This document shows positions 40,293-50,757 of a stretch of DNA of 64,000 bases, one piece after another. The stretch spans positions 4,588,001-4,652,000 of the forward strand of contig CDROCS010000253.1 in NCBI GenBank assembly GCA_977020255.1. Reading direction: 5' to 3'. Under the pieces are notes generated by a model. The model searched no databases and had not been told where the DNA came from. It worked only from the letters and a program-made list of their open reading frames with translations. Within the stretch, counting starts at the first letter, position 1. Each line of letters starts with the position of its first letter. A program made the position numbers and the translations under genes. This DNA comes from Obrimoposthia wandeli (lineage: Eukaryota).

Positions 40293-40325
40293 TATACCCG
40301 TGTACTTTGATTGGTAACGGGTATA
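40293..40325. mobile_element. ERIC-like element, internally deleted 33-bp copy
   Basis: TATACCCG...CGGGTATA; 40300-40325 is 24/26 identical to 59468-59493. Confidence 0.75.
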
Positions 40326-40375
40326 AGTCGCGTCTAATTAAAATATCTTACCTGCCAACGTAAGGCAAATAACCT

Positions 40376-41470
40376 TTAGGCAATACGCGAGGTTAAACAA
40401 CCGGATAGACGTGCATCAGCATCAGCTAATAGTTGTTCGGTTTCAGCAAAATTAATACAAGCATCAGTAACAGAGACACCATAAGCTAAGTCTGCTTTTG
40501 CTAAATCACTGCTTTGGTTGCCCGCGTTAATATTACTCTCTAACATTATACCAATAATCGATTTATTACCTGCACAAATTTGTTCAATAACATCTTGTGC
40601 AACCAGAGGCTGACGGCTGTAATCTTTACTTGAGTTACCGTGACTACAATCAACAATAATACCTGGATCAATACCTTGTTTCGCTAAAGCTTGCTCGCAC
40701 TCTGCAATACTTTTTGCATCGTAATTAGGCGCTGCACCACCACGTAAAATAACATGACCATCAGGGTTACCACTGGTTTGAATTAAAGCAACCTGCCCTT
40801 GACGGTTTATCCCCATAAAATGATGTGGTGAGGCGGCTGATTGTAATGCGTTTACCGCTACACCTAAACTACCGTTAGTACCATTTTTAAAGCCAATTGG
40901 CATAGATAAACCACTGGCCATCTCACGGTGAGTTTGTGACTCGGTGGTACGCGCGCCAATGGCCGACCAGCTAAATGCTTCAGCAAGGTATTGCGGGCTA
41001 ATCGGGTCAAGCGCTTCGGTTGCCAAAGGCAAACCAAGCTCTGTTAAGTAAAGGATCAATTCACGTGCTTTTCGAAGGCCTGTTTCAACATCAAACGAAC
41101 CATCCATATGTGGGTCATTAATCAAACCTTTCCAACCAACAGTCGTGCGCGGCTTTTCAAAGTAAACACGCATAACAACAAATAATGAACCTTGGTATTT
41201 GTTTTGTAGCACTTTTAACTGACGGGCATAATCTTTAGCTGCTTCAACGTCATGTACAGAACATGGGCCTGAAATAACGAGCAAGCGAGGATCACGCTTG
41301 TGGATTATGTCACTAATTGTTTTACGCGACTGCTGAACAAACTCACGACCCTCTTCTGAAAGTGGTAATTCAGCCCGTAGCGCCGCTGGGGTAATTAATA
41401 CATGCTCGGCATTAACATGAATGTTATTTGAGCTGGTTGGTACGGCTGATAATTCGCTGGCTGTTGTCAT
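40376..41470 (-). CDS. aroF: 3-deoxy-7-phosphoheptulonate (DAHP) synthase, class I alpha, probably Tyr-sensitive
   Basis: GPCSVHD, KPRTTVGWKGLINDP, IGARTTESQTHREMASG, DCSHGNS; directly upstream of tyrA with TyrR boxes. Confidence 0.9.
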   Translation of the reverse strand: MTTASELSAVPTSSNNIHVNAEHVLITPAALRAELPLSEEGREFVQQSRKTISDIIHKRDPRLLVISGPCSVHDVEAAKDYARQLKVLQNKYQGSLFVVMRVYFEKPRTTVGWKGLINDPHMDGSFDVETGLRKARELILYLTELGLPLATEALDPISPQYLAEAFSWSAIGARTTESQTHREMASGLSMPIGFKNGTNGSLGVAVNALQSAASPHHFMGINRQGQVALIQTSGNPDGHVILRGGAAPNYDAKSIAECEQALAKQGIDPGIIVDCSHGNSSKDYSRQPLVAQDVIEQICAGNKSIIGIMLESNINAGNQSSDLAKADLAYGVSVTDACINFAETEQLLADADARLSGCLTSRIA

Positions 41471-41643
41471 TTTTGTTCCTTAATTTGAATCTCTTCCACT
41501 GAGTGGATATTCAACATTTACTTTAAAAAGCTTTAAAAGAGGGTTTACGCTAGCTAACTAAACAGATTAAAAACTTGAAATTCGGGAAGGATAACAGTGA
41601 CTCTATAAAGGCTACAGCTCAACCAAAAACAAAAACAAGAAAT

Positions 41644-41684
41644 CGTAAAGATTTAATTACGCGATTTGTAAGGTTATTTTTACA
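41644..41684. promoter_or_regulatory. Tandem TyrR boxes upstream of aroF-tyrA
   Basis: TGTAAG-N6-TTTACA (41667-41684) and weaker CGTAAA-N6-ATTACG (41644-41661); consensus TGTAAA-N6-TTTACA. Confidence 0.8.
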
Positions 41685-41841
41685 TGTTTTTTTTGCGCTG
41701 TATAGTGTTAAATAGTAATAATTAATAAAAACCGAGTAAAAATTTAGCCAAAAGAGTATTACAGTAATGCGGTGTTAAAAACAAAATCAAAACACCAGAA
41801 AATAACCTTATATTTTTAGCGTATATAAAAAAGTCAGCCAT

Positions 41842-41867
41842 AAAAAAAGCGCCTTTCGGCGCTTTTT
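41842..41867 (-). terminator. Intrinsic terminator of acs
   Basis: AAAAAAAGCGCC-TTTC-GGCGCTTTTT. Confidence 0.88.
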
Positions 41868-41897
41868 ATTAGTTTACGAATGATAAGCCATTAAGGT

Positions 41898-43844
41898 TTA
41901 TGCACCGTGAATAATACGTTTCTCAATCAGGTTTTCAACAACACTTGGGTCTGCCAATGTTGAAGTGTCTCCTAAACTATCTACATCGTTTTCAGCAATC
42001 TTACGTAAAATACGACGCATGATTTTACCTGAACGTGTTTTCGGTAAGCCCGGTGACCATTGAATGTAATCAGGTTTAGCAAAGCGACCTAATTCTTTAG
42101 CAACAAATTCACGTAGCTCTGCATTTAACTCGTCAGATTCCGTCGCGTTGCCCATTAAGGTCACGTAACAATAAACGCCTTGGCCTTTAATTTCATGTGG
42201 GTAACCAACAACAGCCGCTTCAGCAACTGCAGGGTGAAGTACCAACGCACTTTCAATTTCAGCAGTACCTAGTCTGTGTCCCGAAACGTTAAGTACGTCA
42301 TCAACACGACCTGTTATCCAGTAATAACCATCTTCATCACGTTTAGCGCCATCACCGGTAAAGTAATTACCTGGGTATTGACCTAAATAAGTTTGATAGA
42401 AACGATTATGATCACCATAAACGGTACGTAATTGTCCCGGCCAACTTGCCGTCATTACTAACAGACCTGCGTTTTCACCTTCTAAGGTATTGCCGTCTTT
42501 ATCAAATAATGCCGGTTGTACACCAAAGAATGGCTTACCCGCACAACCTGGTTTCATGTCAACAGCACCCGGTAATGACGTAATTAAAATGCCACCTGTT
42601 TCTGTTTGCCACCATGTATCAACAATTGGGCAATTACTCTTACCAACAACTTCGTAATACCAATGCCATGCTTCAGGGTTAATTGGCTCACCTACCGTAC
42701 CTAACAAGCGTAAAGAGGATAAATCAGCTTGATTAACTAAATCATCACCAATGCTCATTAATGCGCGAATGGCAGTAGGAGCGGTATAGAATACGTTAAC
42801 TTTATGTTTTTCACATACTTGCCAAAAACGACCTGCATCTGGGTATGTTGGCACACCTTCAAAGACTAAGGTGGTTGCACCGTTCGCTAACGGGCCATAG
42901 AAGATATAAGAGTGACCTGTAATCCAACCAGCATCGGCTGTACACCAGTAAACTTCGCCTTCTTTATAATCAAATACATACTTATGTGTCATGGCTGCAT
43001 AAAGAATATAACCACCACACGTATGTACTACACCTTTTGGTGTGCCCGTTGAGCCTGAGGTATAAAGAACAAATAATGGGTCTTCAGCATCCATTACTTC
43101 TGGTTCACAGATTGCTGATTGTTTCGCAACGGCTTCTTCGTAGTTGATATCTACTTTATCATTCCAAGCAACGTCACCACCCGTACGAGCAACAACAATT
43201 ACTGAGTGAACGTTAGGACAATCAATAACCGCAGCATCAACATTTGATTTAAGTGGAATACGTTTACCACCACGTAATGATTGGTCAGCAGTGATAATCA
43301 CTTTACAATCAGCATCAAGTACACGGGCTTTAATAGATTCAGTAGAGAAACCACCAAAGACAACAGAGTGAATAGCACCAATACGTGCACACGCTAACAT
43401 GGCGTAACCGACTTCAGGGATCATCGGCATGTAAATACAAACACGATCGCCCTTTTTAACGCCACGCTCTTTTAATAAGTTAGCTAAACGACAAACATGG
43501 TCGTGTAATTCTTGATAGGTTACTTTTGAATCATCATTTGGATCGTCACCTTCAAAAATAATAGCCGTCTCATTCGCTTTAGTGGCTAAATGACGGTCAA
43601 TACAGTTATAACTTACGTTAAGTTTAGCGCCAGAGAACCAGTTAATTTCAGAGTTTTTAAGATCAACCTTACTCACGCTGTCCCAAGGTTGGTACCAATC
43701 AATAAATTCTTTTGCTTGCTCGCCCCAAAACACATCAGGTTGCTCAATTGATTGCTTATACATCGCATCGTATGTAGCCGCATCAATATGAGTATGGGCC
43801 TTGGCTTTCTCTGAAACTGGATAACAAGATTTTAATTCTTTCAT
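41898..43844 (-). CDS. acs: Acetyl-CoA synthetase
   Basis: [12 protein letters not shown]3 motif, [21 protein letters not shown] acetylation site. Confidence 0.97.
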   Translation of the reverse strand: MKELKSCYPVSEKAKAHTHIDAATYDAMYKQSIEQPDVFWGEQAKEFIDWYQPWDSVSKVDLKNSEINWFSGAKLNVSYNCIDRHLATKANETAIIFEGDDPNDDSKVTYQELHDHVCRLANLLKERGVKKGDRVCIYMPMIPEVGYAMLACARIGAIHSVVFGGFSTESIKARVLDADCKVIITADQSLRGGKRIPLKSNVDAAVIDCPNVHSVIVVARTGGDVAWNDKVDINYEEAVAKQSAICEPEVMDAEDPLFVLYTSGSTGTPKGVVHTCGGYILYAAMTHKYVFDYKEGEVYWCTADAGWITGHSYIFYGPLANGATTLVFEGVPTYPDAGRFWQVCEKHKVNVFYTAPTAIRALMSIGDDLVNQADLSSLRLLGTVGEPINPEAWHWYYEVVGKSNCPIVDTWWQTETGGILITSLPGAVDMKPGCAGKPFFGVQPALFDKDGNTLEGENAGLLVMTASWPGQLRTVYGDHNRFYQTYLGQYPGNYFTGDGAKRDEDGYYWITGRVDDVLNVSGHRLGTAEIESALVLHPAVAEAAVVGYPHEIKGQGVYCYVTLMGNATESDELNAELREFVAKELGRFAKPDYIQWSPGLPKTRSGKIMRRILRKIAENDVDSLGDTSTLADPSVVENLIEKRIIHGA

Positions 43845-44290
43845 TTTCTCTTCCTTCGGACTTAACTTGAGGTTATTAATACCATTGGTGTTAACTAAGT
43901 AACTCTATGTTGACCCATTAATTAACGCATTTGGTTTAACATGAAATATCTCTTCTTTATATTTATTATTCTTCAACGCTAAATGTTCTTTGACATAGTT
44001 TTAACGTATTGTTTTCTCTATTTCTAGCAATAAAACTACGTGAGTTATATGGCTAAAGATAATTTGATAACTAACATGCTAAAATTTTTAATCAGATTTT
44101 AATATACAACTTTAGTATTAATTTAAGTTTTTACTCTAAAAGGTTATTATCAAAATAGGCTAGCCAGTACCATAACATTGGAGTTTGAAATTGATAGCGT
44201 TAGCATTTCTTGTCTGAATGTTTACCATAAAAAATCATCTTCTTCGAGTTTGGCTATTTTTTTGATGGCTTAATGTCATTTTTCAGACAT

Positions 44291-44316
44291 AAAAAAACCG
44301 AGCACATGGCTCGGTT
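44291..44316 (-). terminator. Intrinsic terminator
   Basis: AACCGAGC/GCTCGGTT stem followed by a U-tract on the minus strand. Confidence 0.8.
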
Positions 44317-44350
44317 ATTTAGTAATTTGAAGCATTAGCTATATGGCTAA

Positions 44351-44668
44351 CTAGTCTTCAAGATCACTATCATCTTCTTCTCTTGCGATAAAGGTTCTAA
44401 TACCTTCTTTTGCTACAATCTCAATGTAAAATGACGTTAAGCCAGCTACTTGAGTTTGATCAATGCGTTTATTAAGATCTGACAATGCCACTACTTCAGC
44501 TTCTTCTTTGGTATTACCAAATTGGCAATCAAAATCCCAAAAGTCAGCGCCTGCTGGTAATTTTTTGTTGCGTTCTCTTTTAAGGTATTTTTTAACCTCG
44601 TGCTTTACAGCGTCAACGCGTCTTTCAAGTTTTACTTTCGGGTGGGTTAATTCAAACGTTTTTTTCAT
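44351..44668 (-). CDS. Small conserved hypothetical protein (DUF6172-like)
   Basis: MKKTF start, KYLKRER and DFWDFDC motifs recalled from this family. Confidence 0.8.
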   Translation of the reverse strand: MKKTFELTHPKVKLERRVDAVKHEVKKYLKRERNKKLPAGADFWDFDCQFGNTKEEAEVVALSDLNKRIDQTQVAGLTSFYIEIVAKEGIRTFIAREEDDSDLED

Positions 44669-44841
44669 GGATGGCCTTAAGTCGATGGCTACAATTACTC
44701 GCCTTTAGGGTACGAATAACAGGTGTAAATTAGATAATGGCAGTATTTTACGTTACTTTCACGCAAGTAGCGAGATAGTGATGACAACACAAGCATAAAA
44801 AGTTATTGTGTTGCCGATGTATCCGTTTTATACCATTAACA

Positions 44842-45798
44842 TTACAGTGATAACATTGCTTGAGTTGCCGTAATTAAATGATGTTTAGTATTAGGTTCAG
44901 CAGAAGCATGACCTGAAGCTTCACTTAAAACGAGTGTTGATTTAGGTAATTTTTGATGTAATAACCAGGCATTATCAGCTGGACAAACTATGTCATAACG
45001 CCCATGAACAATTGCGGTTGGAATATCTTTTATTTTATCGCAGTTAGCTAAAATTTGGTTGTCTGTTAAAAAACAGTCATTAACCATATAGTGCGCTTCA
45101 TGGCGAGCTAAGGTCCAAGCATGGTCATCACCTGTTGCTGCATCAACAAAGGCTTGATCTGGAATTAAGGTACAACAACGTATTTCCCAAAGACTCCAAG
45201 CCGTTGCTATTTTCTGCGCTAGGGCTTTATCATCACCAATTAACATTTCATAAGCCGCTTTGGTCGTCGCCTGTTCCCTACCTAGCGGCAGCACATCGAT
45301 ATAATCTTGCCAATAATCGGGGAAGATACGGGTTGCGCCACCACCGGAGAAAGTCCAATTTGTGTCCACGTCTCGACCTAAGAAAATACCACGTAATACA
45401 AGACTGGTAACACTTACCGGGTGTGTTTGAGCATAAATTAAAGATAAGGTAGAGCCCCAAGAGCCGCCAAAAACATGCCATTGTTCAATGTGTAAATGCT
45501 GACGTATTTTTTCTATATCTGCTACCAATAAACTTGTTTCATTATTATCTAAACAACCGTGCGGTAATGAACGGCCACAACCACGTTGATCAAATAAAAT
45601 GATATGGTATTGCTCAGGATCGAAAAAACGTCTGTCGTTAGTTGAACAACCGCCACCTGGTCCACCATGAATAAAAAGCACGGGTTGCCCTTTTGGGTTA
45701 CCACATTGTTCTACATAAATTTTATGTTGACCGTCGACATCAAGTAAAAAGTCATTAAAAGGAGATATTTCAGGGTAAAACTCATTCATTATGTTCAT
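44842..45798 (-). CDS. pip: Proline iminopeptidase
   Basis: HGGPGGG, FDQRGCGRS, nucleophile elbow GGSWG, GRYDIVCP, GHAS. Confidence 0.95.
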   Translation of the reverse strand: MNIMNEFYPEISPFNDFLLDVDGQHKIYVEQCGNPKGQPVLFIHGGPGGGCSTNDRRFFDPEQYHIILFDQRGCGRSLPHGCLDNNETSLLVADIEKIRQHLHIEQWHVFGGSWGSTLSLIYAQTHPVSVTSLVLRGIFLGRDVDTNWTFSGGGATRIFPDYWQDYIDVLPLGREQATTKAAYEMLIGDDKALAQKIATAWSLWEIRCCTLIPDQAFVDAATGDDHAWTLARHEAHYMVNDCFLTDNQILANCDKIKDIPTAIVHGRYDIVCPADNAWLLHQKLPKSTLVLSEASGHASAEPNTKHHLITATQAMLSL

Positions 45799-45883
45799 AC
45801 TATAAAGTCTCTTTAAGTATCTACTGAGATTAAGCTAATACTTGAATTAATTTGATTACGTTCATTTAATTAACTGATGTTGA

Positions 45884-46261
45884 TTAACTTAAGTCTAACG
45901 CAAATTTTTTCAATATCTCAATCGGCACTATTTCCAACGCTTTTATATGGGTCTTTCGTAAATGAACTCTTGGTGCTCTATCACCTTGATAAGCTTCTAA
46001 CCAGCGCTCTGCACATAAACACCAAATATCTCCTGGTTTAATACCTTCAAAGTTAAATTCAGGTCTAGGTGTTGATAAATCATTACCTTTGAAGCGAGAA
46101 AACTCTAAAAACTGCTCGCTTGCTTCAATGCAGATGGTATGTGAACCAACATCTTGCTCAGAGGTATTACATTTATTATCACGAAAAAATCCAGTTACCG
46201 GATCTCCACCACAGCCTATTAACGCTTCACCAAAAACGTTAATTGATTCATCCATTTCCAT
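45884..46261 (-). CDS. DUF2237 family protein
   Basis: TGFFRDNKC, GNDLSTPRP, GDIWCLCAERW motifs. Confidence 0.9.
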   Translation of the reverse strand: MEMDESINVFGEALIGCGGDPVTGFFRDNKCNTSEQDVGSHTICIEASEQFLEFSRFKGNDLSTPRPEFNFEGIKPGDIWCLCAERWLEAYQGDRAPRVHLRKTHIKALEIVPIEILKKFALDLS

Positions 46262-46538
46262 CTTTTTTCCTATTGCTACGACTAATAAGCCCATACTATA
46301 ACCTCAACAGCCATTGAGATACATTTTTGTCGTTAGCTATTTTTATCGTCGGTAGGAAACCCGTCTGTTTCGATTGTACTTAAAATAATGAATTGATATT
46401 ATTCACTTAACTAAGAAAAACACTATTAATATTATTTTTTTGCTGTACCGCAACCAAATTTTTGTTGCGCATTTTGACCATAATCATGACAACTTATTGG
46501 TCTCTACCCACAGCATTAAAAATGAGGACGCATAACCA

Positions 46539-49500
46539 ATGAATGTGGAAAATAAAAGTTCACGCTATTTTATCGTTTGCCTGCTGTGGGTTTTATCCAT
46601 ATTTTCATCGGCTGCATTTGGCGTAACTGAACAAGTTAGAGTAAGTGCCAATAATGATGATGCCGAAGAGCGAATCAGCGATGGTGATATGTATCAAGAC
46701 AGTTCTGATCTCGAATTAGGTTATGACTCTTGGTCAGGTGTAGCTGGTCTACAAATTGTTGGTATGCGTTTTAAAAATGTGAATATTCCACAAGGGGCAA
46801 CGATCAATTCTGCCTACATCGAATTCGAAACAGATGAGGCCAGTAGTGGAACAACTACTCTTGTAATATTTGGCGAAGATGGCAATAGTCCTAAAGAATT
46901 TAAGAAGGGTAAGAAGAACATTAGTAAGAGAACAAAAACATCGGCTTTTGTAAATTGGACTCCTTCACCATGGACTACCAACGGCGAACTTCATCAAACA
47001 CCTGATATCAGTGGTATTATTCAAGAAATCGTCAACCGAACTGGCTGGACAGCCAACAATAACTTAGTGCTAATGGTTAAACCTGGTTCAGGTTGCACAA
47101 CAGCTAGCTGTAAACGAACAGCTGAATCACATGACGGTGAGTCTAATAGCGCGCCATTACTGGTTGTCGATTATACAGTTGCCCCTAGTAAACTATCAGT
47201 GACTACCGAGAACGTAATTCAAGAATATGACGTTTCCAGTTATGGTGGTAATCAAGATCAAAACGGGATGGTAGAAATTACAGATACAGGCTTTGGTCTA
47301 TACCTTGATGGCAATCGTTGGCAGAAAATAGATTTTCCTTACACGGTAACTGAAAACACCGTAATCGAATTTGACTTTCAAAGTACTGTCCAAGGTGAAA
47401 TTCATGGCCTGGGTTTCGATAATAATTTAAATATCAGCCCAGATAAGAGCTTTAAGGTACATGGCACTCAAACCTGGGGGCTCCCCAATTTTGATATATA
47501 TTCTGGTAGTAGCATAACCCATTTTACTATTCCTGTTGGGGACTTCTACACCGGTGACTTTCAATATCTATTTTTTATACATGACGATGACAACAACCCA
47601 ACAGGTAATAGCCTTTACAGTAATATCGTCGTATATGAGGATACAGGGCCGTCAGTTACACCCGTATTAGAATATCGTTTCGATGAAGCAAGTTGGAGCG
47701 GTAACAACGACGAAGTTGATGATAATTCAAATAACCAACTCGATGGTAGCGCTGTTGGAAATACCACTACAATCCCTGCTGGGCAGGTGTGCCGTGCCGG
47801 AACCTTTGACGGCGCAGGAAGCTACATAGACGTCAGCGGCATAAACGCATACCTAAACACAACCGCGAGTCTCTCTTTTTGGATTAAGAGTAATCAAACC
47901 GGTAATACCTCACCATGGAACGCACCTGGGCTAATCGGTTTTGAACAAAGGGGTGGCGGCGACGATATTTTCTGGGGATATCTAGACGCCAATGGGCATA
48001 TTCATATGCAAAAAGGTAACGGTAACTCTGCTCAAACGAGCAATCCTATTAACGATGCCAGTTGGCAGCATGTAGTATTAACTTATGATAGTCCTAGTGG
48101 TGCTGTCCAAGTATTTGTTAACGGAAATTTAGACGATAGCGCCATCTCTGACGCCGGCGATGTTAGCAGTGTATTTTCCAGCATTGGTAGAATTCATAAT
48201 AGCTTTAGCAATAAAAACTTTAACGGGCAACTTGACGAGTTAATGGTTTTTGATTCTGTGCTCTCAACAATCGACGTGAACTACATTTATACCAATCAGC
48301 TGAATGGCGACAACTATGATGGCAGTGAACGAACCTGCCCTGTTCCCGTTATTCACCATTATGAAATTAATCACGATGGCCAAGGGTTAACCTGTGATAC
48401 TGAAACTGTCACGGTTAAAGCATGTACCAATGCGAGCTGTTCCACGTTAAGTACTGAGTCAGTTACCCTTGATTTTCTTGGTAACGGCACGCTTATTAGT
48501 ACTAAAACCTTTACCGGTAGTATCGATATTGATTTTAACAATACCGATGTTGAAACCCTCACCTTTTCAATAAAAAATGCCACAGTAATAGCGACAGAGC
48601 CCATTGTGTGTGACGATAGTAGTAGCGCAAGTTGTGACATGATATTTACCGATGCAGGTTTCAGGTTTCTTTATGGTGCCAATAATGACACAACATTACC
48701 TAATCAAACATCAGGCCTAGCTTTTGGTGATACTTTAAAAATTCAGGCCGTGAAAGATATTGATGGCGTTTGTACGGGTTTATTTGACCGTGATACAGAG
48801 GTTGATTTATGGCAGGAAAACGTCGCTCCAAGCGGCACCAGCGGTCTCAGTTTCAGTATTGGTGGTGATGATATCGCAAAAAAAGCGGGTATCCTCCCCA
48901 TTACTACCATAGCATTTGGTGCCAACAGTATTGCGACAATACCAATCCCTTTATACAAAGATGCAGGACAAGTTCGTTTACATGCTAATTATGATGCAGC
49001 TGGGATAAAGTTATCGGGTAGCAGCAACGCATTCTGGGTAAGCCCTGCTGAACTTGTTGTTAGTGCAAAATCAGGAACCACTAGCTTAAATGGCAACACA
49101 GCAGGAACAACGAACTTAGATGGTGTTACGGCAACAACCATTCATAAAGCAGGCGAAAGCTTCACGCTAACCGTAGCTGCTTATAATAGTATTGGTGCGA
49201 TTACGCCAAATTATTCACCGGGACAAGTACAGTTGAAGTTAGAACGTACAGGACCTACGCTTGCTGGCAGTGTAAACGGTAATTTAAGCTATGCTACATC
49301 GAGTACGTTGACAACTAACACGAGTGCTATATTCCAAGATGTTACTCTGAACAGTTTTTCTTCGGGTGAGTCTACTTTTAATGATGCGCAGTATTCAGAG
49401 GTAGGTTTGCTTAATCTAGATGTTCAAGACAGTAATTATGGTAATACTAGTATTGTTATTCCAGCTACCGCGATTAATATCGGTCGTTTTATTCCTGATC

Positions 49501-50519
49501 ATTTTAAGCAAACAGTAATAGAAGATGGTTTTTTTCAAGCGACATGTGATTCCAGAATGGCATTTTTCGCTTACAACGGTCAAAAGGACGAAGCAACAAG
49601 TAGTAAGGGGGCTATTTCATACCTAACTAAACCAATATTAGCTATTACTGCCTACAATAAACAAGATCAAATTACCCAAAACTATTATGAAGATAGCCAA
49701 GGGAGTGTTAATGACTATATGAAACTCAGTGATACCGACGTTCACATCACTGAACCGACGTTAGACCAACTAGCGACAGGAGTTGATGGTAACAAATTAC
49801 CTTTAACGGCTAATATGAATACTGGCACCTTAAGCCAAAATGATTTAACAGTATTACCTATCATCGTTGCATTACCTAAAGGAGTATTGCACTACCAATT
49901 ATCAGAGAATGATAGCTTTTTCTATAGCCGCTCAGCTAACGCAGTGGTGGTACCATTTAATTCAAAAGTTAACTTTTCAATTGATACTATTGTAGATGAA
50001 GATGATGTAGATCTAATACCTACCGTTCCCGTTGCTGGCTCACCAACAACTACTGACGTATTGCCAATAGGGGTTGAGATTCGCTTTGGTCGCTTAGTGT
50101 TGGGAAATAGTTTTGGACCTGAAACGTCAAATTTACCTCAAACGATGCAACTTGAACATTTTGATGGCACAGCCTTTACAGTCACCTCTGATAATAATTG
50201 CAGCAGTTATAACATTACTAACATTTTATTAGATCCTGCTCTTTCCCCCGATGTTTTAGTGCCTGCTGACACGGAAGTACTAGGTAATCCCAGTACAGGT
50301 ATTTTTAATGAAGGAAAAATTGAAACAAACGCTATTATGCTTAAAGCACCAGGAGCAGGAAAACGAGGTTCTTTAATAGTGACTTATGATACTTTTGATT
50401 GGCTGAAGTATGATTGGGATAATGATTTATCATATGATGACAACCCTTCAGCTGACGCCACATTTGGTTTATTCCGAGGTAACGACCGAATTATATACTG
50501 GCGAGAACTATCCAAATAG
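46539..50519 (+). CDS. Large exported LamG/DUF6701 (MshQ-like) adhesin
   Basis: Signal peptide, two N-terminal beta-sandwich modules, LamG (WQHVVLTYD, GQLDEL), MshQ-like C-terminus (GRFIPDHF, RFGRL, NSFGPE, ATFGLFRGNDRIIYWRE). Confidence 0.88.
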   Translation: MNVENKSSRYFIVCLLWVLSIFSSAAFGVTEQVRVSANNDDAEERISDGDMYQDSSDLELGYDSWSGVAGLQIVGMRFKNVNIPQGATINSAYIEFETDEASSGTTTLVIFGEDGNSPKEFKKGKKNISKRTKTSAFVNWTPSPWTTNGELHQTPDISGIIQEIVNRTGWTANNNLVLMVKPGSGCTTASCKRTAESHDGESNSAPLLVVDYTVAPSKLSVTTENVIQEYDVSSYGGNQDQNGMVEITDTGFGLYLDGNRWQKIDFPYTVTENTVIEFDFQSTVQGEIHGLGFDNNLNISPDKSFKVHGTQTWGLPNFDIYSGSSITHFTIPVGDFYTGDFQYLFFIHDDDNNPTGNSLYSNIVVYEDTGPSVTPVLEYRFDEASWSGNNDEVDDNSNNQLDGSAVGNTTTIPAGQVCRAGTFDGAGSYIDVSGINAYLNTTASLSFWIKSNQTGNTSPWNAPGLIGFEQRGGGDDIFWGYLDANGHIHMQKGNGNSAQTSNPINDASWQHVVLTYDSPSGAVQVFVNGNLDDSAISDAGDVSSVFSSIGRIHNSFSNKNFNGQLDELMVFDSVLSTIDVNYIYTNQLNGDNYDGSERTCPVPVIHHYEINHDGQGLTCDTETVTVKACTNASCSTLSTESVTLDFLGNGTLISTKTFTGSIDIDFNNTDVETLTFSIKNATVIATEPIVCDDSSSASCDMIFTDAGFRFLYGANNDTTLPNQTSGLAFGDTLKIQAVKDIDGVCTGLFDRDTEVDLWQENVAPSGTSGLSFSIGGDDIAKKAGILPITTIAFGANSIATIPIPLYKDAGQVRLHANYDAAGIKLSGSSNAFWVSPAELVVSAKSGTTSLNGNTAGTTNLDGVTATTIHKAGESFTLTVAAYNSIGAITPNYSPGQVQLKLERTGPTLAGSVNGNLSYATSSTLTTNTSAIFQDVTLNSFSSGESTFNDAQYSEVGLLNLDVQDSNYGNTSIVIPATAINIGRFIPDHFKQTVIEDGFFQATCDSRMAFFAYNGQKDEATSSKGAISYLTKPILAITAYNKQDQITQNYYEDSQGSVNDYMKLSDTDVHITEPTLDQLATGVDGNKLPLTANMNTGTLSQNDLTVLPIIVALPKGVLHYQLSENDSFFYSRSANAVVVPFNSKVNFSIDTIVDEDDVDLIPTVPVAGSPTTTDVLPIGVEIRFGRLVLGNSFGPETSNLPQTMQLEHFDGTAFTVTSDNNCSSYNITNILLDPALSPDVLVPADTEVLGNPSTGIFNEGKIETNAIMLKAPGAGKRGSLIVTYDTFDWLKYDWDNDLSYDDNPSADATFGLFRGNDRIIYWRELSK

Positions 50520-50546
50520 TCTGACTATTCAAGCGCATTGTATTGT

Positions 50547-50706
50547 TATACCAAGCCCATTAAGTTTGTGATCTTATTGGGCATAGGGAAAATAAATCAG
50601 GGTAAGTCACTTGATTGAGCAATAGTTGGCTATTGGAATTGAGATCAACGCAGTCGTGAAGTATTTTAACCAGCACAAGTGAGCAATAATTTAATGGAAT
50701 TGGTAT
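50547..50706. mobile_element. MITE-like element of about 160 bp with terminal inverted repeats
   Basis: ATACCAAGCCCATTAA (50548-50563) versus the reverse complement of TTAATGGAATTGGTAT (50691-50706): 14/16. Confidence 0.8.
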
Positions 50707-50757
50707 CACTCAATTTTGGCTCCGCGACAACATATATTAGCTAACTAACTCCCGCTT

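Noticed and set aside
41470-41640. Attenuator leader peptide for aroF-tyrA
   Set aside because: No Tyr/Phe-rich mini-ORF or terminator/antiterminator pair was found; the TyrR boxes explain regulation.
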